From NCBI GenBank assembly GCA_052174495.1, contig JBQMRR010000044.1, forward strand, positions 56,425 through 120,424: DNA of 64,000 bases, given 5' to 3'. Under the pieces are notes generated by a model that saw only the letters and a program-made list of their open reading frames with translations, had not been told where the DNA came from and ran no database searches. Shown piece after piece: positions 33,714 to 46,559 of the stretch (within the stretch, counting starts at the first letter, position 1; each line of letters opens with the position of its first letter). Origin of the DNA: Arsenophonus sp. NC-TX2-MAG3. Lineage in GTDB: Bacteria; Pseudomonadota; Gammaproteobacteria; Enterobacterales; Enterobacteriaceae. Both the position numbers and the translations under genes were made by a program.

Positions 33714-36700
33714 ATGAAAAGAATGTTAATTAACGCAACTCAACAAGAAGAGTTGCGTGTTGCTCTTGTTGATGGGCAACGTCTTTATGACCTAGATATT
33801 GAAAATCTCGGACACGAACAAAAAAAAGCAAATATTTACAAAGGCAAAATTACCCGTATAGAACCTAGTCTGGAAGCAGCATTTGTTGACTATGGATCAG
33901 AAAGACACGGCTTTCTTCCAATTAAAGAAATTGCACGTGAATACTTCCCTAGTTATTATCAACCACACGGTCGCCCAAACATAAAGGATATTTTAAAAGA
34001 AGACCAGGAAGTTATTATCCAAATTGACAAAGAGGAACGAGGAAATAAAGGTGCCGCGCTAACGACTTTTATAAGTTTAGCTGGCAGCTATCTTGTTTTA
34101 ATGCCTAATAACCCTCGCGCAGGTGGGATATCGCGACGTATTGAGAGAGAAGATCGTATAGAACTAAAAGAGGTATTATCTTCATTAGAAATACCTAATG
34201 GTATGGGATTAATTGTCCGTACTGCTGGTGTAGGTAAATCTGCAGAAACGCTTAAACATGATTTACAATATCGTCTTAAGCATTGGCAAGCAATAAAAAA
34301 AGCAGCGGAAAATCGAGCAGCACCTTTTCTTATTCATCAAGAAAGTAACGTAATTGTGAGGGCATTTCGTGATTACTTGCGCCCTGACATTGGTGAAATT
34401 CTAATTGATAATGCGAAAATTGTCAAAATGGCTCGTCTTCATATTGAAGCGATTGGTCGTGAAGATTTTGCAAGTAAAATTAAATACTACACTGGAGATG
34501 TTCCACTATTTAGTCATTATCAAATTGAGTCACAAATTGAGTCTGCTTTTCAACGTGAGGTTCGTTTACCATCAGGTGGTGCACTAGTTATTGATACAAC
34601 TGAAGCATTAACTGCTATCGATATTAATTCATCACGTTCAACCCGTGGGGGTGATATTGAAGAAACTGCATTAAATACCAATTTGGAAGCCGCTGATGAA
34701 ATTGCCCGTCAATTACGGTTACGGGATTTGGGTGGATTGATTGTTATTGATTTTATTGATATGACACCCGTTCGCCATCAGCGTGAAGTTGAAAATCGCC
34801 TGCGTGAAGCCGTATGCCAAGATAGAGCACGTATTCAAATCGCTCGGATATCTCGATTTGGTTTACTTGAAATGTCACGACAACGTTTAAGTCCATCACT
34901 TGGTGAATCTAGCCATCATGTTTGTCCCCGTTGTAGCGGTACAGGAACAATCCGTGATAATGAATCACTTTCACTTTCTATTTTACGTTTGATCGAAGAA
35001 GAAGTGTTAAAAGAAAATACCCATGAAGTACATGCAATTGTACCGGTACCAATTGCTTCTTATTTATTGAATGAAAAACGGCAATCAGTAAACGAAATTG
35101 AACGTCGCCAATATAATATACGTGTTATTATTGTTCCTAACGATCAGATGCAATCACCGCATTATAATGTAATCCGTATTCGTAAAGGTGAAGAAGTTTC
35201 AGCATTAAGTTACTATCTCGCGCAATACCATGAAGCTGAAATCAATAATCTAACAGATGATGCTGTTAATGATAAAAAGTTACCTGAACAACCTGCTATT
35301 TTTGCTTTTACTCTTCAATCTCAAGCATATACAAAAAATGCTATGGTTGGTAAGAACAAATCAAGTAAACAGAATAAATCAACCAATAAGCAAGATTTTC
35401 GAACTCTGTTTAATCGAATTAGTTATTTCTTAAAAAGATTATTTATTAAATTACGGAAACTAATTAAAGTAATTGAGAAAAAATTTAAAAATAATAATGA
35501 TAAGCAACATGATAATGATCATAGGCCAACTCAACGGCATGAACAGAATATTAATATTGATAACCATCAATATTGTAGGTATATCGATGAGTCTAAATCG
35601 TATAATAGCCGTAATCATAGAAGTCATTTTAATGATATTCAAGAGAGTGTTGCGCGTGAAATTCAACAGCAACCTCGCGAACAGCGAGCTGAAAATCGCT
35701 GTCGTCAGGAAGAAAAAAAAGAGCTGCAACTTAAAACTAAAACTCAACCACTAGAAAAGAAAGAGGATGAAACAGAAAGAACAGTTATTGTTTCTCATTA
35801 TTATCAACAGCCTCAACTGATTCAATCTGTGCGGGTCGCAAATAGCGTAACTGAAGAAAAAAAACTCTCTATTGATGATAGAGAGTATCAAAATATTAAG
35901 CTTCCTGTTATTAGTGGCGCAGAGGTAGTGCCTGCTTTGTTAATTCCAGAATCTATTCTGCCAACTGAATTAACAGCGAAGCAGAAAAATATAGATCTAC
36001 CGCTTATTACAGAACAGGATGAAGCTCAAAAAGTATTCAGAAATTGTACTAATGAACAACAAGAAACGATTATTCCACGAAGATCAAGACGATCTCCCCG
36101 GCACCTACGCGTTAGCGCGCAACGACGACGACGTTATCGTGATGAACATCAAAACAAATCATTGATATCATTAAAAATACCAGTTGCTTCACCTAAATTA
36201 CCTTCAGGTAAAGTCTGGATCCAGCACCCTGTCAAATTCAATGAATTAAACCAAATATCATCAGATAGTAAAAATAAGATGATAATCAATAAAAAGATAG
36301 TATTTTCTAGAACTCCAATTGATTGTGATAACGTCATTGGTAAAATTAAACTAGAAGAAAAAATAGCACCAATTAGTAAAACGATTCAATTAACAATATC
36401 GGAAAACTTACAACTTTTTCCTAAGGTATCGCTTATCCCCGTAAATATTCAAGATATAGAACAAAATGAAAAACTTTGTCAATCACATCTTGAAGCAAAA
36501 GTCATGGCTGAAAACAGCATTAATGTCGTTGTAAAAACGCAAGTACAGAATGAATCACAAAATCAGCTACAAAATGCTCAATTAGTTAATGATGAATTTT
36601 TTATAATCAATGAGATTAAAAAAGCTAAATATTCAGTGCATGAAATCAGTCAGGAAAAAATAACAAACCTATCAGATAAAAATTATAACTATGCTAAGTC

Positions 36701-36968
36701 AAATATATCTTCTGTGAACGCTGTTATTGCAAAAAAAGCAAGTAATCAAAAAGAAAAAATTGCTGCAATAAAATTGGGCAAAAAATCAGGGTATTCTCAT
36801 TCTCCGACTACGAAAGCACCAGGGCCGGAAATTACTGAAAATTATATGGAAATTAAAGCTTATGTGCGGCGACCTGTAATAACTTTTTATGGTAAAAATG
36901 GTGCAGGTGGTCATGTTGCAACAAGCATAGCGACATCCAATATATTTAAACCAAATAATAATAAATAA
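33714..36968 (+). CDS. rne: Ribonuclease E
   Basis: [21 protein letters not shown], catalytic AIDINS and [16 protein letters not shown] zinc link, [12 protein letters not shown] / SGKVWI enolase-binding region. Confidence 0.98.
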   Translation: MKRMLINATQQEELRVALVDGQRLYDLDIENLGHEQKKANIYKGKITRIEPSLEAAFVDYGSERHGFLPIKEIAREYFPSYYQPHGRPNIKDILKEDQEVIIQIDKEERGNKGAALTTFISLAGSYLVLMPNNPRAGGISRRIEREDRIELKEVLSSLEIPNGMGLIVRTAGVGKSAETLKHDLQYRLKHWQAIKKAAENRAAPFLIHQESNVIVRAFRDYLRPDIGEILIDNAKIVKMARLHIEAIGREDFASKIKYYTGDVPLFSHYQIESQIESAFQREVRLPSGGALVIDTTEALTAIDINSSRSTRGGDIEETALNTNLEAADEIARQLRLRDLGGLIVIDFIDMTPVRHQREVENRLREAVCQDRARIQIARISRFGLLEMSRQRLSPSLGESSHHVCPRCSGTGTIRDNESLSLSILRLIEEEVLKENTHEVHAIVPVPIASYLLNEKRQSVNEIERRQYNIRVIIVPNDQMQSPHYNVIRIRKGEEVSALSYYLAQYHEAEINNLTDDAVNDKKLPEQPAIFAFTLQSQAYTKNAMVGKNKSSKQNKSTNKQDFRTLFNRISYFLKRLFIKLRKLIKVIEKKFKNNNDKQHDNDHRPTQRHEQNINIDNHQYCRYIDESKSYNSRNHRSHFNDIQESVAREIQQQPREQRAENRCRQEEKKELQLKTKTQPLEKKEDETERTVIVSHYYQQPQLIQSVRVANSVTEEKKLSIDDREYQNIKLPVISGAEVVPALLIPESILPTELTAKQKNIDLPLITEQDEAQKVFRNCTNEQQETIIPRRSRRSPRHLRVSAQRRRRYRDEHQNKSLISLKIPVASPKLPSGKVWIQHPVKFNELNQISSDSKNKMIINKKIVFSRTPIDCDNVIGKIKLEEKIAPISKTIQLTISENLQLFPKVSLIPVNIQDIEQNEKLCQSHLEAKVMAENSINVVVKTQVQNESQNQLQNAQLVNDEFFIINEIKKAKYSVHEISQEKITNLSDKNYNYAKSNISSVNAVIAKKASNQKEKIAAIKLGKKSGYSHSPTTKAPGPEITENYMEIKAYVRRPVITFYGKNGAGGHVATSIATSNIFKPNNNK

Positions 36969-37275
36969 AATGCCCTAATTTGACAATTTTATTCTGAATT
37001 TTAATTCACTACTTATTGCCGTTTTAATAGAAAAATCTTTTTGTAAAAAATATATTTTTAATTAAATTAGGAATAAAGATATCTCAATTGATTACTTTAG
37101 TGCAGATAAAGGGTGTGATGGTTATCATCTTGTGCAATATGCTCTTTAGAAAATTATCAAAGTTATCGCTTTAATTCATAATATAAAACACGATTAACAC
37201 AAATAGGCGCGCAAGTTATTGAAGAAAATCTTTGCTATGATAACCGGCAAAAAAATATATTAGCTGATATTCCTA

Positions 37276-38603
37276 GAGTTATCAGTAAAAATCTGGTATA
37301 TGATGTTCAGGTTCCGCTCCATTCTGATCTTTCGTGAATCTGTTCTTCATTCTTAAATTACATGGTTATTTACTAGCAGCAGAGTAAAAGGAAGTAAAAT
37401 CCCCTTAGTAGCGATTCCAGTTTTTTTTGAGCAGACAGAAGCAACTTAAATAGCATTAAAGAATCGTTTTTGAACTACAGCGTTTCGCACGTCAGTTTTA
37501 TATCTTCTTACACAATCGCAAAATTCGATTCAATTAGATTTATTGTTCTTAATTGATACTAAGTGTACTGACGGGAAGGATAGAGTGGCAGTTATTTCTT
37601 CTTGATTATTCTCCACCTTCTTCATCGCTGAGGAATACTTCCCTGAAAACCTTGCCAATAAAAATATCAAGGACTTTATTAATGGCATAATAACTCTCTG
37701 CTACCTAGAACTTCTTCACTTCACCCTTAAGCTTTCGATTGTATGGACTTATGAAGTGAAGGAGCACATTAGCTATTTTTATACCCAACAGCGTTATTGG
37801 TATATTCAGGAATATCTTCGTTATTGTATTCCAAAGCTAAGGATATCGTTTCCCGTAGAAAAACTCTAGTAGATATAGTTAAGTCAGGCGCTCACCAACC
37901 ATAATACAGTGAGTCCGATAACAAGAAACAAGAAAAGGTGATCAGTTTGCCTAATAAAATAACAATATGCCTTCAGCCAAGAAATAAACGTTAGGCGTAT
38001 TGCTAAATCAAGCAAGTACCACATTCCCTGTACTCTTTAAGTTATTGCTGTTTCAATCTGTTCATGATGGTGGTACTGCAGAGAGACTATGTTCTTTTCA
38101 CCGATAAGCGGCTTTAAAAATTTCATGAAAATCACGATAAATAATCTCTTGCATATACAGGATGCAAGTTAGAAATTCTTCGTCGATTTTTATACACTTT
38201 AGATAAAGGCTAAAAACGAGCTTTAGAAGTATATTTTGTTACTACTGCTATTCCACTGATCTTAAGTACTTTAATCTCAATATCGCCAATATCAGTTTGT
38301 ATAGTTAGGTGTAGCAGATAACTGTTGCGGTCGATGGTAAAGCGGTGTTGAGCATATTATTGCAACATGGTTTTGAGATCAACCTCAACAGCGGTGCTAT
38401 TAGCTACTCGCCACTATTACAGATGCATTCATGCAAGAGAATGACAGGTAATATCCAGTTTTCGCGAATAGATGTAGAATAAATTTTCATGGCATATCAT
38501 CTTTCTATTGTTGACATCCATTCATAAAAATCAATAAGCAGAATATATCAGAATCTTCCAAAACTCCATTACAGAAAAAATGAGGAGAGAATAAGCATAA
38601 CTT
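37276..38603 (-). mobile_element. Degenerate IS256-family element (copy 5)
   Basis: End motif GAGTTATCAGTAAAAATCTGGTATATGATG at 37276; colinear with the other copies; flanks do not match each other. Confidence 0.85.
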
Positions 38604-39120
38604 TAAGAGGATATCTTAGTAGATTTCATTGTATATGCTTGTTTTATTTATGAAATATTTTTCATGGAGAGGAGATTATTTTAAAATCACAAGAATTAAA
38701 TATAGATGTGTTATAAATTGCTTTGGAAGCAGAAAAGTAATAAATGTTTACAGTATAGCCAATTTTACTTATATTTAATAAGCTTGCGCTGATAAATAAA
38801 ACAAGCCATCCTTTTGTTTTTATTAATTTGTGTTATTAATAACCTAAATTAAGTTAATCAAATAATGATAATAAGTAAATTTTTAAAATTATCACCAAAT
38901 ATAGCATGCTAGCTTCAACATCTAATGGTGATATTCAATTCAATTATCCATAATAACTTATTATTACAGATAATTTAAAATGCAGAATTTATTTCTGGTT
39001 GGATTCCCATTTGAGTCACTAAAAATAAATTAATAAAAAGAGTAAAAATATTTATTGTTAGATTAGAATAGTTCAAGAGTGTTAATAACATGTTGTGCAC
39101 CTAAAAATTAGAAAACTATA

Positions 39121-40560
39121 TTGGATAGTAAATATAGATTCTCATTTTAGTTTTACTGTTATAAAATATTTTGGCAGCATATCCTGCGCTTGATCAAATT
39201 GTACAATTTACCGAAATCTGAATTGACTAAAATTCAGGATTATCAAAGAGTCTTAAATTTTTTTTATGCTATATGGATCCTTAGCTTTCCTGAGCTAAAG
39301 CCAGTTATAGTTACAGATATTAAACCCAAATAACCAATAGATTATTGCTATAAATAAAGTTGAATTTGTTAAATGTATTTATGGGATATTTAGTATATTT
39401 AATAGTTGTATTCTTGATTACAACAATATTCAATTTGATTTAAAGTTATTTGTTATATTTTACCATAGCTTTTATAAGCTTTATTGTTATAGTTATCAGC
39501 AAGATAACTCACGTTAGAATTTACCAAATATCTTACGCGCTTGCTATACGGATACGTCCTGATGACATTAACTGATGTAACAATTATAAAGAACTACTAG
39601 CATTAAATTAGAACATTTGACAATTAAAACGCTATTGAGCATGCAAATACTCATGATGTATTTTAGCCGACGTTTTGCTGCAATTGAAATAGCAAAATTA
39701 ATTAAGCAAGTACAGCTAAACATGCTCAAGTATTTTTTTGAATTTAAAAAGAAAATAAAGTTCGTTTATTGATTAATATTATTACTATAACTCTGTTAGT
39801 CCATCTTTTCAGAATGTTTTGCGCAATATAAGCTAACAATACTCTAATTTCGCTACTTACCTTCTATCTAGAAAATTGTATACGATTATTACTTATGATT
39901 TTGCAGCAGATATTATATCTTATTGTTAATATTAAATAGTAATATACTAAAGAAATATTTATATACACCTAAAGACGAGTTAATAAGTGAGTTAGTATCT
40001 CTATTAAACTGATTCATTTTAATAAATACCAAATTCTGGTATCGTAATTCATTACACTGCAAAACAGATAATGTAATAATATTACAGCACTTAATTTCGA
40101 TATATAGCTAAATAATTTAGCTATGATGTTGTAATAAAATAGTGAAATGTGTGATAAAATTATTCAGCTATTTACGAATAAAAATCTTTTCTTACAGTAA
40201 CTGGTGTACATGCTAAGTTTTATTGCAGTTTTTTGCTTATAATGATTATTAATAATGGTCATTATTTATTAAACTTTATTATAAAATATACTTACATTAG
40301 ATTTTTAAATTTTACGATCTGCGCATGAAGCAACTATTTTCATTATTCTGTAACTGGGGATTACTCAACCAGACTGACAGAACAAGAATACCTTGCCTGG
40401 TTAGAGTATCGGCACGATAGATTAACCAGTAAGAAGATAATCGAATAGTTTCAAACTATCGAATAATTTTTTCTAAAAAATTAATAAGATAAAAATAAGT
40501 GCCAGTAACTAAAATGCTGCAGATGATTCCAATCAGATAGAAGTTAATTTAGTTTTTATC
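39121..40560 (+). pseudogene. sbcB: Exonuclease I (SbcB/XonA) pseudogene
   Basis: Fragments YPALDQIVQF, LRACY..IRPDDIN*, LEHLT..IEHANTHD and EQEYLAWLEYR match HPALDRPAQF / MRACYALRPEGINW / LEHLTKANGIEHSNAHD / AEQQRWLEHR; convergent with plaP as in enterobacteria. Confidence 0.9.
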
Positions 40561-40654
40561 ATACTACATAAAAATAGATTACCTAATATATAGCTAAAGG
40601 TAAAATGATTAGCTTTTGATCTGGAAAACTGTCAATAGTGTTAAAATTTAATCA

Positions 40655-42034
40655 CTAAACATCATTCATTTGTGGTAATGGTCGGCGAAAACGGCTGGTG
40701 ATAATTGCCATATAAAAAATTCCAATTGCCGCCCATATCATTCCTAATAACATGGAAGTTTTCTCTAAATTGATCCAAAGCACTGATACAGTTAAAGCCC
40801 CTATAATAGGTAAAATTAAGTAATTAAACTTGTCTCGCCAAGTATGGCAATGACGCTCTTTAAAGTAAAATTGTGAAATAACTGAAAGATTAACAAAGGT
40901 AAAGGCAATTAATGCACCAAAATTAATCAACGCTGTGGCAATTTCCATGTCAAACCAAATTGCTGTTAATGCTAACATACCAACTAGAATGACGTTAAAA
41001 GCAGGAGTTCGCCATGTTGGATGAACATAACCAAAAAAACGCTCAGGAAAAACACCATCTCTTCCCATAACATACATAAGACGAGAAACTCCTGCATGCG
41101 CTGCCATACCTGATGCTAATACGGTTGCACAAGAAAAAACTAAAATAATAGACTGAAAAATGGCACCAGCAACATATAATATAATTTCAGGTTGTGATTC
41201 GTCAGGTTTTTTAAAATATGAAATATCAGGAAAATACAGCTGTAAAAAATAAGAAACACCAATAAAAATCAGACCACCAATTAAGGCCGTTAAAAAAATC
41301 GCTTTTGATATCACTATTCCTGCATTTGGTGTTTCTTCTGATAATGAACTGATACCATCAAAGCCAAGAAATGAAAAACATAAAATCGTTGCTCCGGTAA
41401 TTATTGGAATTAAATGCGCCTGTTTGGAAGTAAAAGGTTGCCATGACCAAATTTGCCCAGAACCTTCACCTTTAGATAATCCATGGATCAAAACAGTTAA
41501 AAAAACTAGCATGACAGCAATTTGAATAACCACAATAATGGTATTTAAGTTAGCGACAAAATTGATACCGCGTAGATTAAAAATAGTCATCAATAAAACT
41601 AATCCAACAACAAAAATCCATGTCGCAACACCTGGGAAAATAGCTTCTAGATAAATTTTTGCTAACAGTATATTAATCATCGGCATAAATAAGTAATCAA
41701 GCAAAGATGACCACCCCACCATGAAACCGATATGTGGGCTCATAGATTTTTGTGCATAGGTATAAGCTGATCCCGCCGAAGGGAATCGTTTTACCAATTT
41801 ACCATAACTCAATGCAGTAAAAAGAATAGCAATCAAAGCAATTATATAAGAAGAGGGAACATGTCCATCAGTTTTTAATGACACTAAACCAAATGTGTCA
41901 AAAACCGTCATTGGCTGCAAATAAGCCAGTCCCATCATAATAACCTGGATTAAAGTTAATGTTTCAACTAGTTGAACGCGATTATTTATTTCGATAGGTT
42001 CTTTATTGAGAGCTAATGTAGTATTATGTGACAT
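40655..42034 (-). CDS. plaP: Putrescine/proton symporter PlaP (YeeF, APC family)
   Basis: [61 protein letters not shown]; 12-TM-type APC permease. Confidence 0.92.
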   Translation of the reverse strand: MSHNTTLALNKEPIEINNRVQLVETLTLIQVIMMGLAYLQPMTVFDTFGLVSLKTDGHVPSSYIIALIAILFTALSYGKLVKRFPSAGSAYTYAQKSMSPHIGFMVGWSSLLDYLFMPMINILLAKIYLEAIFPGVATWIFVVGLVLLMTIFNLRGINFVANLNTIIVVIQIAVMLVFLTVLIHGLSKGEGSGQIWSWQPFTSKQAHLIPIITGATILCFSFLGFDGISSLSEETPNAGIVISKAIFLTALIGGLIFIGVSYFLQLYFPDISYFKKPDESQPEIILYVAGAIFQSIILVFSCATVLASGMAAHAGVSRLMYVMGRDGVFPERFFGYVHPTWRTPAFNVILVGMLALTAIWFDMEIATALINFGALIAFTFVNLSVISQFYFKERHCHTWRDKFNYLILPIIGALTVSVLWINLEKTSMLLGMIWAAIGIFYMAIITSRFRRPLPQMNDV

Positions 42035-42239
42035 AGATAAAAACCCCTACAACTTTCAATTTTGCCTTAATGTTCTGATTAAACTGATAGTTATAAGGAA
42101 GACTTCGTTCACGCGAATAGGCTGAGAAAAAATAGAAATGAGAAAATAAGGCTTCTTTGAAGCTGAGCGGTCTGTAGTTATCATTAATGTAGCAACGATG
42201 ACCGATTAGCATAGATGCAAAAATAGATAATTGCGCCAT
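42024..42239 (-). CDS. Putative leader/uORF peptide (71 aa) overlapping the plaP start
   Basis: GAGGA RBS 8 nt before the ATG at 42239; open for 71 codons in AT-rich DNA; stop overlaps the plaP ATG (ATGTCACATAA). Confidence 0.6.
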   Translation of the reverse strand: MAQLSIFASMLIGHRCYINDNYRPLSFKEALFSHFYFFSAYSRERSLPYNYQFNQNIKAKLKVVGVFIYVT

Positions 42240-42568
42240 AATAACATTCCTCACTTACAGTAGTCTGCTTCAGTTAGCTTTTAACTAAATCTTTTTTCTA
42301 AAAGATAGTGTTAACTTCGGCTAGATTTCCATGTTTCATATAAATTAAAGAAATCAGCTTATAAATAAAAAAATAACTGATGCAATTAATGACCATCAGT
42401 TATTTCTGATTGCGCATTTTGCACTTCATCTTCTGATATAGCAATATTTTTTTTAATTTTTTAATAAAGAAAATTTTCAGTGTTTAATTCATTTCAAGAT
42501 CAAGAAAGATAAAGATATAGAAGATAATTGATTTCCATTAATAAATGAGAAAATATTGATTCTTTTTA

Positions 42569-43899
42569 GAGTTATTGACAAATCTAGTGTATCTAGTTTT
42601 GGTCCATATCACTCTGATACTTCATAAATCTATTCTCCATCATTAAAATTTAATATTGTTTACTACTAGTGTCAGTAGGTTAACTAGTCACGGGAATTCA
42701 GCCAAGATTTTCTTAACAGACAGGAGCAACTTCAATACCATTGAAAAGGTTATTTTGCAAAGCGCAGTGTTTGCGTATTGACTTCATAGTTTTACTGTCA
42801 TAAAACCCGACTCAATCAGATTCGTCATTCTTATTGACGTCCAGTTCACTGATGGGAAGCCGTAGAGTACTAGCGTCCTTCTCGTTCTTTCTCCAACTTC
42901 TTCATCGCTGCAGAATATTCGCTGAAACCCTTGCCCCAATAAAAATACCAAGGGTTTTATTAGTGACATCGCGGCTTTCTGCTAGCAAGCCTATCAATTA
43001 TTTTATGTAGCTAATGGCATTAGTGCTGCGCACTTAGGAATATCTTTATTATTTTTTTAAAAATTAATGACATCCTTCCCGTAGCAAACCTGAAAATACG
43101 ATTAAGTCACGCACTCTCAGAGTATTGAGAAGTTATACTAAGTTTTCTTCTGACTCTTGATGAGAATTTTTTTTAACCCTAATCAACTTTTTACGTTTAT
43201 ACGGTGCTGCCAATGGTAACTAGTAGGCAAAGGCGATCATCTTTCCTGATAAAACGGTTATCCAATCTACAAGAAATATGCATAGCGCATATATTGCTTA
43301 GATCATTCAGCTACTATTGTCTATGTTTTTCAAACCATTGCTGTTTTAGTCTCTTGATGTGATTTCTGGCAGAAGGAGATCCAGATGTGATTTTTCATCA
43401 AGAAACCCACAGAGCTTCGTAAAAATCACCAGTAGATATGTTTTGCTAGGTTATACGTCCCACATAGTAGCAAGTCTTTGGCATTTTACACGCTCCAGAT
43501 AAGACAGCAAGCTGTTAAGGTATATTTCTGTTACCGCTGCAATCTCTAACCTTATGCACCTTAGTCTTAAGATCACCAATACTAGTCTATATTAAATTAG
43601 CTGTGGCAAATAACCCTTACGAATAACGGTATGACATCGTTTATCGATAACGCGGCATTCAGTATGTTCTACAAGATAGATTCGAGTCCGCCTCAACAAC
43701 AGTGCTATCAGCTCCCCGCTACTATTACGAATGCATTCATGCAAGGGAATAATAGGTAATACCTGGTTTTACGGATACCTAATAGACTAAACTTCTTATG
43801 GCATATTATCTCTCTGTTGTTGAAATCATCCAGGGAATCAATCAATAGAGATTACGCTATCATCTTAGAAATATCATACACCAGAAATAAGTATAGCTC
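42569..43899 (-). mobile_element. Degenerate IS256-family element (copy 6)
   Basis: Ends GAGTTATTGACAAATCTAGTGTAT and CATACACCAGAAATAAGTATAGCTC; abuts an IS481 5'-end fragment at about 43900-44000. Confidence 0.85.
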
Positions 43900-46559
43900 G
43901 ATCATAGGCACCTTAATAGTAATTCTCGAACTATATTCTCAAATACCAATAATACGACAGGAGAGGGATTGATGTGGTGTATATTGTAGTTTCAAGTGAT
44001 AAATTATCAGTTATTAAACTGATGATAGATAATTCTCACTGATAAGTTGTGCAGATGCAACACGTTATGTCGTTCTGGTGCTTATAAATTGATTTAAGTA
44101 CTAATTTTTATATGAAAATGGAAGGTTTATAATTCAGTGAAATTTTTACTATCCAGTACTAATTTAGTTCTATATTATTGAAATTAATGTTTGGTTATTA
44201 GCAAATATAGGAAGTAATTTACTTAAAACTAATGTTAAAAAACAAATAATTTTTCCTTTAAAAAATATTTTATTTCACTATAAACAAGGTTTAATGACCT
44301 TTAAATTTTTTAGTATTTTACTAGGAAATCTTATTCAAGCTCTATCTGATATTACTATCAGAATGGGTTGCTTTTAAAGTGCTTTCTTCAGTATTAATTT
44401 TTAATTTTGATTAAAATTTTTCTAAATTAGTTTTTAACAGAGTGGGAGAATTCCAGCCGTAAAACTCCTTGTTTTATCTTCTCTTATTTTAAGAAAAGCT
44501 TGATTTTTAGGATCAAGAAAGGTAGGAAATCTTCCTCTATCCATCTTATGAGTTAACATAATTATTGACTGTAGTTGTACTTTTTAGTTAGAAATGATAA
44601 TATTTCAACTAAAATTAATCAGGATATTTAATATTTTTTGGATTTTTTAGTATTTTACTGCTTTTTTAACTTAAGTTATTCTGAGTCATACTTTCACTTT
44701 ATGTGATTCAAAAAAGAAGATTTTCACCTAATATTGCTGGAGTTAATATTCTTCTTATAATAACTATTGAGTGTATTGATGTTTATATCACCAGACCTCT
44801 AGCTGTTGCATTTCGAGAAAGTATTATGCTAACTGTGTAATTCTGTTAATCACAAGTGGTTTAGCATGTGTCTAAAAATAGCAATGGTTTTTGATAAAGG
44901 TTTTTTATAAAAAAATAAAAATAATTAATTATAATAAAAATATCTTAATTTTATGTTTTTAGTGTTAGATTTTCATCTAAAGATAACTATGCAATTGCTT
45001 ATATAGATAACTTTTTAGGATAAACGAATGGTTACTAAAAAAGAAATATGTGTGATTTGATTAGCACTAATAGAGATTATTAAAGTAGGGTGGTCCCGTA
45101 AGCGAGATACGAGGTTTGTCCTCTTGCTTACTGGTCTTGCAAGTCAATTAAAAGCAGGAATTTATTTAAAATAGTTTTACTGGATGCATGCATCCCTCTA
45201 CTCTGTAAAACTTATCAAAGATAATTTCTGAAGATTTTAGAAGTTGAACTGAAAACTATTTTGTTTAGTTGTTATAAAATAAAAAGTTGCATACCTAAGG
45301 TCTTATAATTAAGTTTATTTTTGTTAAATAATTCATTAGAATAGCGTTTTTCACAAAACTACCAAGGTATGAAAAAATATTATCGTTTTACTAAAAATAC
45401 ATTTAAATCTTGTGCACCTAATCGTTAAGAGATTAACGATTAAAAGTACCATATTGATTATTTAGGCATTGAAGCCAGTGAATAATCTATAAATATGATC
45501 TTTAACAACTTATAATCGCAGCGTTGATCGCTGATGTCGTCAAACAATCTATCCTATTAAAGGTTAGCACAGATAGGAGAAAGCTTAGAAAACTAAATAT
45601 TTGCCGCCGTTTCTAGGCGGCAGCTAGAAATAAATTATCCGATCTAATCGATAGATAGCACAAAACTGCCGATGTGCAAATGTTATTAGTGCAGTATATC
45701 CTAAATCATAGGGATATATCTGCTATATTATAACTGCGAACAGGCTATCTGTTTTATTTATCTAACAGGTGAAAACCACTCAAGTGAACTGAAGGACATT
45801 ACCAAGAAGGCATGGATGTTAATGTTAAGAAATAGAAAAGATATTGACTCAGTAAATTATCTCCGATACTTATATCGGCCGGCTATAAAAAGTGGCTATA
45901 CTATCTGCACATCTTATAGAGCTGATATTAAATAATCGGAGGTTTAATTAAATCGGATTAAATCATCTGGCTACATGATTAGCTAACACACTATCAAAAA
46001 CTAAAACTTGTGTAATATAAAATGGCGTATACGTATTTTGCGCTGCATGATAACAAAACTATGCAGATGAGCCTTCCTATGATGTCGTGCTGTATTCGAT
46101 GTAGAAATTACCTAAAACCATTAAGTAGCGTTGACGCAAAACTAGTAGCAATATCGCTAGTTATAAGGGGCTTCTCCTACCTCGTATCAGATCAGCCTGT
46201 TAGTGTGAACTACATTTGCATTGGGAGACGGGATTACGGGATAAATTTTAAAATCTTCCATCCAGATAAGAATGGAAAATCTCTTTTTGCCAAAACTGAC
46301 TTTTATTATCGATAGCAACTGCGCTATATTACCGGCAGAAGCCCATAGTTTTTAAGAACTTACTGCCGTTATTTCATGTACAGTATTGGATTGTTTTCAC
46401 CCATAGCAAGTTGTTTCTCTACTATTCAAATAGTGGCGGCGGGAAATAAATGATACGCTCTATGCATATATTACTGTTATTTTAACCTGCCTGGATATTA
46501 AACAGTTGACTAGCATTCCTAAGGAAATGGATAAAATTTATAAATAACTCTTGCTCGAT

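Noticed and set aside
46022-46315. Possible IS3, IS6, IS110 or reverse-transcriptase identity for this region (SDQ, YLYR, SGGGK, YADE words)
   Set aside because: Isolated 3-5 residue matches with the wrong spacing; left as unidentified.
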